NCBI GenBank assembly: GCA_017618315.1
Contig: JAFZUN010000286.1
Location: 1-41,650 of the forward strand
Reading direction: 5' to 3'
DNA: 41,650 nucleotides
From: Spirochaetales bacterium
Lineage (GTDB): Bacteria; Spirochaetota; Spirochaetia; Sphaerochaetales; Sphaerochaetaceae
Below are positions 8,902-16,490 of this stretch, one piece after another. The translations under genes and the position numbers were made by a program. Numbering within the stretch: position 1 is the stretch's first letter; each line of letters starts with the position of its first letter. The notes beneath the pieces are model-generated. The model worked only from the letters and a program-made list of their open reading frames with translations, ran no database searches and was not told the origin of the DNA.

Positions 8902-9986
8902 TGCGGCAGAAAGGTTTTTTCGCGACTCTAGGAGAAATCTTTTCTCCGCTGATTCCTGCATTTCTTGCTGCCGGTTTGTGCACGGGAGTTGCCTCGCTGC
9001 TTTCCGGGCACATGGATAAGACGTTCATTGCTCTTACTGTGAATGTCCTCCGGCTTGTGAGTCTTGGTTTCACCGCATATATCTCAGCCTGGATAGGGGT
9101 CTCCGCAGCACGTGTTTTCGGTGCCACGCCTGTCCTTGGCGGAATAATCGGAATGGTATCACTTCTGAGCAATATTGGGACAATTGCCGAGATGACACAT
9201 ATGGAGGGGTTTCTCCATCAGGGAAGCGGCGGTGCAATAGCGGTGATAGCCGGAGTCTTCCTTCTGAGTAGGGTTGAGATGCTTTTCCAGAAAAAGCTCC
9301 CGCCCTGGTTCAATCAGGTGTTCTCTCCGTTTGTGTCTGTCCTGATAAGCATTGTCCCTTATGTGTTCATAATCATGCCTATTATGGGTATAGTCACCGA
9401 GGCTGTGAGCGATGCAGTGCTTTTTCTCTGCTCGAATGACCTCATTGTCGTGAAGATCCTGACAGGTTTCATTTGCGCCGCGTTATTTCTTCCTGCGCAG
9501 CTTCTTGGTCTACAGCCCGTGTTCCAGTCAATTTACATCATTCAGATCGAGACCATAGGGGTGATTTCAATTGCCCCGATTCTCACAATGGCCGGAGCTG
9601 CTCAGGTTGGTGTGGCCTTTTCAGTGCTTCTGAAAGCAAGGAGCGTGGACAATAAGAGGCTTTGCGGGGTTTGTGCGGGAGGTATTCTTCCGGGAATGCT
9701 CGGAATAGGGAATGCTCTGCTTTACGGGATGTCCGTGCCTTATCCGAAGGCCCTTCTTTCCACATGCATCGGTGCTGGATTCGGCGGGGCTTTCATTGCC
9801 ATAGTCCAGGTTTTTGCCACGGGTTACGGATCAAGCGGACTTCTTGCAATTCCGCTAATGACCGCAGGGCAGGGTACTCCTGTCCAGAACATGATCAGGT
9901 TCACGGCCGGTCTTGCCATATCGTTTGTGGCGGGATTCCTGCTGTCATCTTTCATCGTCAATAAAAATCAATTCAGGGAGGAGTGA
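8901..9986 (+). CDS. PTS EIIC-domain-like membrane permease lacking EIIB/EIIA domains
   Basis: 361 aa, polytopic. An EIIC-like N-terminus (LGEIFSPLIPAFLAAGL) and a region resembling the EIIC GITEP..FG..P segment, but reading GIGNALLYGMSVPYPKAL. No soluble domains. Confidence 0.6.
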   Translation: MRQKGFFATLGEIFSPLIPAFLAAGLCTGVASLLSGHMDKTFIALTVNVLRLVSLGFTAYISAWIGVSAARVFGATPVLGGIIGMVSLLSNIGTIAEMTHMEGFLHQGSGGAIAVIAGVFLLSRVEMLFQKKLPPWFNQVFSPFVSVLISIVPYVFIIMPIMGIVTEAVSDAVLFLCSNDLIVVKILTGFICAALFLPAQLLGLQPVFQSIYIIQIETIGVISIAPILTMAGAAQVGVAFSVLLKARSVDNKRLCGVCAGGILPGMLGIGNALLYGMSVPYPKALLSTCIGAGFGGAFIAIVQVFATGYGSSGLLAIPLMTAGQGTPVQNMIRFTAGLAISFVAGFLLSSFIVNKNQFREE

Positions 9987-9988
9987 AT

Positions 9989-10738
9989 ATGGTTGAAGCA
10001 ATTGAACAGTATTATCTTTCGGTTTCAGAGCTTATCACTTCAATATTCAGGGAGCAGAGTGAGGCCATGACCAAGGCCGCCACTTTGGTCGCCGATGCCG
10101 TGGAAGCAGGCAATGTCTTTCATGTGTTCGGTTCCGGAGGGCACTCCAACATGGTGGCCACCGAGATGTGTCACAGGGCGGGAAACCTCATTCCTTGCAA
10201 CGTGATACTGGACCCGGGACTTGGATGTGAGCATGGCGCCACAAGATGGTGTGAGAAGATTCCCGGTTATGGCCCGAATCTCCTGAGGTACTACAAAGTC
10301 AAGAAGGGTGATGTGCTCCTGCAGTTCAATGCCTATGGAATAAACCAGTGTTCGATAGATACTGTCCTTGAGTGCAAGAGACTGGGTGTCACTGTGGTTG
10401 CGATAACCTCCCCAAGTCTTAGTCACTCGATTCCTGCTGACTTTGCGGGAAGGCATCCCAGCAAGCTCAACCTGTGCGATCTTGCGGACGTGGTGATTGA
10501 TAGCTATACCCCGTACGGTGAGGCAGTGGTGTCACTGGAAGGATATCCTTTCAAGGTGTCTCCGACATCGACTATCGCAAACATGTTCATAGTGAATGCA
10601 ATCAATGCAAAATGCTGTGAGATTCTTGCCGGGCGCGGAGTGAAGCCGCCTGTGTGGATAAGCGGTAATATTCCCGGTGGTACGGAATCCAATCAGGCCG
10701 GAATGGACAAGTATTTCGGGATTCTCAGACATCTGTGA
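9989..10738 (+). CDS. SIS-domain protein (UPF0309-like sugar isomerase domain protein)
   Basis: The N-terminal pattern AATLVADAVEAGNVFHVFGSGGHSNMVATEM resembles the UPF0309/SIS family. ATG 9989 follows AGGGAGGAG; the track start GTG 9983 is less likely. Confidence 0.65.
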   Translation: MVEAIEQYYLSVSELITSIFREQSEAMTKAATLVADAVEAGNVFHVFGSGGHSNMVATEMCHRAGNLIPCNVILDPGLGCEHGATRWCEKIPGYGPNLLRYYKVKKGDVLLQFNAYGINQCSIDTVLECKRLGVTVVAITSPSLSHSIPADFAGRHPSKLNLCDLADVVIDSYTPYGEAVVSLEGYPFKVSPTSTIANMFIVNAINAKCCEILAGRGVKPPVWISGNIPGGTESNQAGMDKYFGILRHL

Positions 10739-10753
10739 TTTTTGGAGGAAAGA

Positions 10754-11542
10754 ATGGACATACTTGTATGTGTGAAGCAGGTTCCGGGTTCCAGCAACGT
10801 CAAGGTTGACGAGAAAACAGGCCTTCTTGTCAGACCCAAGAAGGGGAACAAGCTCAATCCATATGACCTTTTTGCCATTGAGGCCGCACTTGAGCTTCGT
10901 GAGCAGTATGGCGGTACTGTCAGGATTCTGACAATGGGACCTCCTCAGGCAGCTGAGGCGCTTGAGGAATGCCTCTGGATGGGTTGTGATGAGGGTTTTC
11001 TCATCACTGACAGGGCTTTCGGAGGCGCGGATGTCCTTGCCACAAGCTACACCATCAGCCAGGGAATCCGCAAGGCAGGTCCCGTTGACCTGATAATCTG
11101 CGGCAAGCAGACCACTGACGGAGACACCGCCCAGGTCGGAGCTGAGACCGCAGAGCATCTTGGAATCCCGCATCTCTCAAATGTCACCAGAATACTCTCC
11201 GTTGAGGATGGCTCCGTTGTCGTGGAGGCCAACCAGGAGAACATGATAGTCAAAGAGAAGATTCAGATGCCGTGCCTGATCTGCACGGACAGTGAGGTCA
11301 ATACTCCGAGGCTCCCGTCTTACAGGCGCAAGAAGGCTATGGATGACAGTCTGATCCATTCGTTCACCTTGAATGATTTTGAGGACAAGGACAACACACA
11401 TTACGGCCTGAAAGGGTCGCCCACACAGGTCCAGAAAGTGTTTCCTCCGGAGAAAAGCACATCAAGGGTTATGGTTGAGGGGTCTTCGGAAGAACTGGCA
11501 GAGAAGCTGGGAAAGCTTCTGTCTGAACGGAAATTCATCTGA
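10754..11542 (+). CDS. etfB: electron transfer flavoprotein beta subunit (bifurcating-type, LctB-like)
   Basis: MDILVCVKQVP start and a CGKQTTDGDTAQVG motif. Start refined from TTG 10742 to ATG 10754 after GGAGGAAAG. Confidence 0.85.
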   Translation: MDILVCVKQVPGSSNVKVDEKTGLLVRPKKGNKLNPYDLFAIEAALELREQYGGTVRILTMGPPQAAEALEECLWMGCDEGFLITDRAFGGADVLATSYTISQGIRKAGPVDLIICGKQTTDGDTAQVGAETAEHLGIPHLSNVTRILSVEDGSVVVEANQENMIVKEKIQMPCLICTDSEVNTPRLPSYRRKKAMDDSLIHSFTLNDFEDKDNTHYGLKGSPTQVQKVFPPEKSTSRVMVEGSSEELAEKLGKLLSERKFI

Positions 11543-11555
11543 CGGGAGGCTTTGA

Positions 11556-12740
11556 ATGGGACTTGTAATACATAAGGAGAAAGTTACCGCAGAACTCGGT
11601 GAGAAACTGAAGTCCATCTGTCCGTTCGGGGCAATCTCATATGACGTGAGTAACGGGCTTTCCATCGGCATGGGATGTAAGCTCTGCAAGCTTTGCGTCA
11701 AGAAAGGCGAGGGTGCTGTCACCTTTGAGGAGGAGCAGGCTCCAAAAGTGGACAAGAGCCTATGGAACGGGGTGCTTGTATTCTGCGAGCATTTTCACGG
11801 TAAGATTCACAACGTGACGTTCGAGCTTCTTGGAAAGGCAAAGGAGCTTGCCGCAGTCAACGGCCATAAGGTGCTTGCGCTCATGATAGGATCAGATATC
11901 AAGGACAAGGCAAAGGAGCTTTACTGCTACGGAGCTGATGAGGTCTATGTCTACGATGATCCGGGTCTGAAGGATTTCCTGATTGAGCCGTACACGAATG
12001 TGTTCTACTCATTCATCGAGGAGGTCAAACCTTCCTCGATTCTTGTCGGTGCAACCAACGTCGGGCGCTCTCTTGCACCGCGCGTGGCCGCCCGGCTCAA
12101 GACTGGACTGACCGCGGACTGCACCTCATTGGAGATGACAAAGGATACTGATCTTGTTCAGATACGTCCGGCTTTCGGCGGTAACATCATGGCAAGGATC
12201 ATGACTCCGAACCACAGACCGCAGTTCTGCACTGTCAGGTACAAGATATTCTCCAAGCCCGAGAGGGTTGAATGCGACAAAGCTCCGATCATGATGAAAG
12301 TGACTCCTCAGATGCTTGTCTCCCACGCACAGCTACTGGATGTTGAGATGAAGCCTGAGGATATTGATATCTCCGAGGCAGAGGTAATTGTCCAGTGCGG
12401 ACGTGGAGTGAAGAGCAAGGCAGATCTAGCCATGGTTCAGGAGCTGGCGGATCTTCTGGGTGCAAGAATGGCTTGCACCAGACCGCTTGTGGAGAACAAC
12501 TGGTTTGATGCCAAGCATCAGATAGGGCTTTCCGGAAGAACGGTCAAACCGAAACTCCTTATATGCGTGGGCGTTTCCGGTGCCGTACAAACGGTAGCCG
12601 GAATGAAGGGTAGTGACCTGATTATTGCAATAAACACTGATCCTAAGGCACCTATTTTCGATGTTGCCAACTATGGATTCGTTGGAGACCTATATGAGAT
12701 TGTCCCGCGCCTGACAAAGATGATAAGGGAGGCAAGATGA
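11556..12740 (+). CDS. etfA: electron transfer flavoprotein alpha subunit with N-terminal ferredoxin-like [4Fe-4S] domain (LctC-like)
   Basis: C-terminal EtfA FAD-binding signature [46 protein letters not shown]-terminal Cys pattern CP(22) and CxxCxxC(41-47). Confidence 0.85.
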   Translation: MGLVIHKEKVTAELGEKLKSICPFGAISYDVSNGLSIGMGCKLCKLCVKKGEGAVTFEEEQAPKVDKSLWNGVLVFCEHFHGKIHNVTFELLGKAKELAAVNGHKVLALMIGSDIKDKAKELYCYGADEVYVYDDPGLKDFLIEPYTNVFYSFIEEVKPSSILVGATNVGRSLAPRVAARLKTGLTADCTSLEMTKDTDLVQIRPAFGGNIMARIMTPNHRPQFCTVRYKIFSKPERVECDKAPIMMKVTPQMLVSHAQLLDVEMKPEDIDISEAEVIVQCGRGVKSKADLAMVQELADLLGARMACTRPLVENNWFDAKHQIGLSGRTVKPKLLICVGVSGAVQTVAGMKGSDLIIAINTDPKAPIFDVANYGFVGDLYEIVPRLTKMIREAR

Positions 12741-14128
12741 TGTTCAACAAGCTTACAAAAGAAGATTTCAAGGCTCTTGAGTCCATGCTTCCCGGACGTG
12801 TCTTGGATGGGAAATCCATTAATGAGGACTACTATCATGATGAGCTGGGAACCGCATTCGGGGTTCCTGAGGCTCTAGTGAAGGTCCTGAGCACTGAAGA
12901 AGTGTCCGCTGTGATGAAGTTCGCCTTTGACCGCAATATCCCGGTTGTTGTCAGAGGCTCGGGAACCGGACTGGTCGGAGGTGCCGTTGCCATTAACGGA
13001 GGCATAATGCTTGACACCTCAATCATGAAGAAGGTCCTGGAACTGGATGAAAACAATCTTACGGTGACTGTCCAGAGCGGCCTTCTTCTGATGGAGCTTG
13101 CAGCCTATTGTGACGAGCATGGATATCAGTACTGTCCCGACCCCGGTGAGAAGAGCGCGACCATAGGCGGAAACATCTCAACCAACGCTGGCGGAATGAG
13201 GGCCATGAAGTACGGGGTGACCCGTGATGCCGTCAGGGCAATCACAGCTGTTCTTCCGACCGGTGAAATAATGCAGTTCGGAAGCAAGGTGGTCAAAAAT
13301 TCAAGCGGCTATGACCTCAAGGACCTGATAATAGGAAGCGAGGGAACCCTTGCCGTGGTGACAGAGGCAACCCTTAAGATTATCCCTAAGCCTGAATATG
13401 CCATCAGCATTCTTGTTCCGTTCAAGAGCATGAAGGATGCGATTTCGACAGTTCCAAAGATCATCAGGGCGCAGGTCACACCGGTTGCCACGGAGTACAT
13501 GAGCCAGTATGTCATTCTCTTTGCGGAGGAGTATCTTGGAAAGAAGTTCCCAACTCATGCCTCTGATGCTTATCTTCTACTGACATTCGACGGCAATACC
13601 CGTGAGGCGGTGATGCATGACATGGAGACAATCGCTGATTTGTGTCTTGAGAATGATGCTATTGATGTGTTCATGATAGACACCGATGAGCGTTCTGCAT
13701 CAGTATGGTCTGCCAGAGGAGCTTTCCTTGAGGCAATCAAGAGCTCAACGGACCAGATGGATGAGTGTGATGTCGTTGTCCCCAGAAGCAGGGTTGCGGA
13801 CTTCATTCTCTACACCCATCAGGTTGCCAAGGAAGTAGGTCTTAGGATTCCGAGCTTCGGACATGCAGGAGACGGAAACCTTCACATCTACCTCTGCAGG
13901 GACGGCCTTGAAGATAAGGAGTGGGAGAAGCGTAAGCACAATGCCTTCAAGCTCATGTACGACAGGGCCAAGGAGATCGGAGGCCTGGTAAGCGGCGAGC
14001 ACGGTATTGGCCTGGACAAGAGGCCTTACCTTCTGAACATGCTTGGCGAGCGCCAGCTTGAGCTCATGAGAGGAATCAAGAATGTGTTCGATCCAAAGGG
14101 AATACTGAATCCTGGCAAGGTTATCTGA
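12737..14128 (+). CDS. FAD-linked oxidase / GlcD-family D-2-hydroxyacid (lactate) dehydrogenase (LctD-like)
   Basis: 463 aa. FAD-binding PCMH-type N-terminus ([15 protein letters not shown]), C-terminal GEHGIG and a NPGK end typical of the GlcD/Dld family. ATGA overlap with etfA. Confidence 0.85.
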   Translation: MMFNKLTKEDFKALESMLPGRVLDGKSINEDYYHDELGTAFGVPEALVKVLSTEEVSAVMKFAFDRNIPVVVRGSGTGLVGGAVAINGGIMLDTSIMKKVLELDENNLTVTVQSGLLLMELAAYCDEHGYQYCPDPGEKSATIGGNISTNAGGMRAMKYGVTRDAVRAITAVLPTGEIMQFGSKVVKNSSGYDLKDLIIGSEGTLAVVTEATLKIIPKPEYAISILVPFKSMKDAISTVPKIIRAQVTPVATEYMSQYVILFAEEYLGKKFPTHASDAYLLLTFDGNTREAVMHDMETIADLCLENDAIDVFMIDTDERSASVWSARGAFLEAIKSSTDQMDECDVVVPRSRVADFILYTHQVAKEVGLRIPSFGHAGDGNLHIYLCRDGLEDKEWEKRKHNAFKLMYDRAKEIGGLVSGEHGIGLDKRPYLLNMLGERQLELMRGIKNVFDPKGILNPGKVI

Positions 14129-14139
14129 GGTTGTCCGTA

Positions 14140-14823
14140 ATGAAATGCATCAGATGCAACACCAATGAAGGCTCTTTTTCCTTCAAGGTCATGGAGGTTC
14201 ATGAAGAGTATGTCTCTGGAAAGTCAGGCTTCCTGCGAAGCAGCAGGAAGCCATCCCAGAAGATTCAGAACCTTTCTGATATGAAGGAGTTCTGTGTCTG
14301 TGATGCATGCATTGACAAGAAGCTTCAGGCAACCATGAATCCCTGGCGCGACTTTCTAAATTATTACAAGGTGGGTGCCGTCCTTCTTGTTTTCGGGATA
14401 ATAATTCTCGTGAATTACGGCGGGAAGGATACCATCTATACTGTCGGCGGTGTGTTTCTTGTGATGATTGCACTGTTGCGGGCATACGGGTATTTCCGCA
14501 AGGCAAAGGCAAAAAAGGACCAGTACATGAAGATGTCCGAGAATAACCGGCGTTTTGTCTCTGCCTGGGAATGCGTGTCCGAGTCTGCTCCGAAACGTCT
14601 TGGAAATCACAGTGTCTATTACATTCCGTTGACAGATGCAACCGACAGAATGACCCGTGAGGATTTCTCCAGATACTACAAGCTGACTCCTGAGAATGCG
14701 GATGAATTCTACCGCATTGTTCATGGCTCGGAGAAAAAACATGGCCACTCCAAGGTCGTGGAGCCCGTTGAAGAGGACCTGGACGAGCGGGAGCCCAACA
14801 CCGATCTTACAGACGAGGACTGA
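14140..14823 (+). CDS. hypothetical zinc-ribbon membrane protein
   Basis: CxxC (KCIRC) plus CVCDAC Cys pairs, two predicted TM helices (VGAVLLVFGIIILV, VGGVFLVMIALL) and an acidic C-terminal tail. It starts 11 nt after the LctD-like stop. The track start TTG 14131 is possible. Confidence 0.6.
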   Translation: MKCIRCNTNEGSFSFKVMEVHEEYVSGKSGFLRSSRKPSQKIQNLSDMKEFCVCDACIDKKLQATMNPWRDFLNYYKVGAVLLVFGIIILVNYGGKDTIYTVGGVFLVMIALLRAYGYFRKAKAKKDQYMKMSENNRRFVSAWECVSESAPKRLGNHSVYYIPLTDATDRMTREDFSRYYKLTPENADEFYRIVHGSEKKHGHSKVVEPVEEDLDEREPNTDLTDED

Positions 14824-14865
14824 GATCTTGTCGGTGTCGTCGGAAATCATTTCTTTTGTCTTTTT

Positions 14866-14895
14866 TTGACGATTTTCGTCAGATAATACTATATA
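14866..14895 (+). promoter_or_regulatory. candidate sigma70-type promoter (TTGACG-18-TATATA) overlapping the palindrome TGACGAtttTCGTCA
   Basis: TTGACG at 14866-14871 and TATATA at 14890-14895. Perfect 6-bp inverted repeat at 14867-14881, with a further TGACGA half-site at 14907-14912. Confidence 0.4.
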
Positions 14896-14933
14896 AGATT
14901 GAAAACTGACGACAGTAAGCTGATACTGTTAGC

Positions 14934-15839
14934 ATGAAAGCTCAAAACATCACAAAGACTCTGATCATTAACATGCTCCAGACTCTCAAAACCAACCTGG
15001 AACATATCCTTGAAAACACAGAACCTAAAAATGCTGACTTCAAATTACGATGTAAGCGATATCGCGGGAAAACACACCTGTATCTTACAGATGCCACAGG
15101 CAAGGAAACATATTTAAGTTTGTCAAATGCCAAGGAAATCAAGAAGCATGCCCAAACGCGCTACATAGGAGAGGTCCACCAAGCAGCAAAAAGGGAAATA
15201 TCCCAGATAGACCGATGCCTTGGGGCTTTAAGTAATAACAACGGCATCTCAGATATCAACGATGTGTATGACAACCTTCCTGAAATCCTTAAGCCCTATG
15301 TCATCCCTTTATCACTGGCAGATGACGATTATGCCGCCAAATGGCAGGAGTCAAATGTTGTGGTCAAGAGAAAAAGAATCCATCAGGAGGATGATTATCA
15401 CAAGCTCAAGACCATGAGGGGAGACTACGTCGGCTCAAAGAGTGAATTGATTATTGCAGATAGGTTATACTCAACTGGAGTTCCATACCATTATGAAGTA
15501 GCCTTCATCCCTGAAGCGAGGAATGGTCTCTCAACTCCAGTATTTGATGAATATGGCAGGATTGTCGGCTATGAGTCTCTGGAATTTGATCCTTTTTCGC
15601 GGGACACTCTTCATCCAGACTTTTATGTGTTGAACAAAAGGACAAGAAAAGCATATTTCTGGGAGCATTTGGGTAAAACGAATGATCCGAAGTACTGCGT
15701 GGATAATCTGAACCGACTCCTGAGAATTCTTGATGCAGGGTACACGATTGGAGAAGAAATAATAGTGACTCATGAAGATCAATATCATCCGTTAAGGACG
15801 GAGATGATCGATGAGGTTATTGAGAAATACCTAAAGTAA
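14934..15839 (+). CDS. hypothetical protein with C-terminal PD-(D/E)xK (TnsA/Vsr-like) nuclease-fold signature
   Basis: Ordered motifs GSKSELIIADRLY...VPYHYE...HPDFYVL...YFWEHLGK...IIVTHED match the S/E - PDF - E.K arrangement of restriction-endonuclease-like folds. The gene is A/T-rich with atypical codon choice. Confidence 0.55.
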   Translation: MKAQNITKTLIINMLQTLKTNLEHILENTEPKNADFKLRCKRYRGKTHLYLTDATGKETYLSLSNAKEIKKHAQTRYIGEVHQAAKREISQIDRCLGALSNNNGISDINDVYDNLPEILKPYVIPLSLADDDYAAKWQESNVVVKRKRIHQEDDYHKLKTMRGDYVGSKSELIIADRLYSTGVPYHYEVAFIPEARNGLSTPVFDEYGRIVGYESLEFDPFSRDTLHPDFYVLNKRTRKAYFWEHLGKTNDPKYCVDNLNRLLRILDAGYTIGEEIIVTHEDQYHPLRTEMIDEVIEKYLK

Positions 15840-15891
15840 GGGTTACTCCCCAATAAAGCACATTAGTTTATGGTGGATTGAATAAAAACTG

Positions 15892-15920
15892 TTGCCAAAC
15901 TTAAATTCCAAAACTAGAAT
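15892..15920 (+). promoter_or_regulatory. candidate sigma70-type promoter TTGCCA-17-TAGAAT
   Basis: TTGCCA at 15892-15897, a 17-nt spacer and TAGAAT at 15915-15920, 33 nt upstream of ATG 15954 (RBS AGGGGG at 15943-15948). Confidence 0.45.
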
Positions 15921-15953
15921 AGAAATGGAGTTGTATACACTCAGGGGGCCGTA

Positions 15954-16490
15954 ATGAGGAAAGCAGTTGCCATTATCCTGATGCTTTCTGTATGTTTGTG
16001 CGCTTTCGCAGTCACAGCACAGGGAGGAATGAATCTCTCAGAATGCAGGGATACAAGGGTCGTTTCATTCATCAATTATATCAATGACCAGGGTGTTCTG
16101 ACATCGGAATTCGATTATTATGCAATTAACATTGATGAAGAGGATGATTACTTCGTGGTTTTCCATCCTGCGGACAGCGACCTCAGTGAAGGCCTTTTCG
16201 TGTACTTCGAGCAGTACATGATTGAGTTCTTCTGGTACAGCGACACATACATCACGGATGAGACACTGTTGGACACCCTTTGGGCAATCAATGATTTCTC
16301 AGAGCAATATGCCAACTGGGCGACTTTGTCGGTAGATACATTTGACGGTTGCCTGAAGGCATCTTCGGTGATGTCAACGGAAGGCATCGCCTCTTACGGT
16401 GTTGCTGTTTATGATAATCTTGAGATGTTCATTTATCTTGCTGAGGAAGGCTTCAGCTATGTGCAGGAAATGATTGAGGGGGAAAAATGA
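15954..16490 (+). CDS. hypothetical small acidic exported protein (signal peptide, possible lipoprotein)
   Basis: N-terminus MRKAVAIILMLSVCLCAFAVTAQG fits a signal peptide. The mature part is strongly acidic and aromatic. The stop overlaps the next start (ATGA). Confidence 0.6.
   Translation: MRKAVAIILMLSVCLCAFAVTAQGGMNLSECRDTRVVSFINYINDQGVLTSEFDYYAINIDEEDDYFVVFHPADSDLSEGLFVYFEQYMIEFFWYSDTYITDETLLDTLWAINDFSEQYANWATLSVDTFDGCLKASSVMSTEGIASYGVAVYDNLEMFIYLAEEGFSYVQEMIEGEK

Noticed and set aside
14815-14832. Possible att-site remnant: actgagat at about 14819-14826 matches 8 nt of the tRNA 3' half (actgagat at 17559-17566).
   Set aside because: Only 8 contiguous matching bases, overlapping a stop codon. 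That is too short to separate from chance without a genome-wide search, and no integrase is present.
14934-15839. Tn7-like TnsA / CRISPR-associated transposon inserted near a tRNA.
   Set aside because: Only the nuclease-fold signature is present. There are no TnsB/TnsC/TniQ-like genes, no transposon end repeats and no cas genes, and the N-terminal half does not resemble TnsA.
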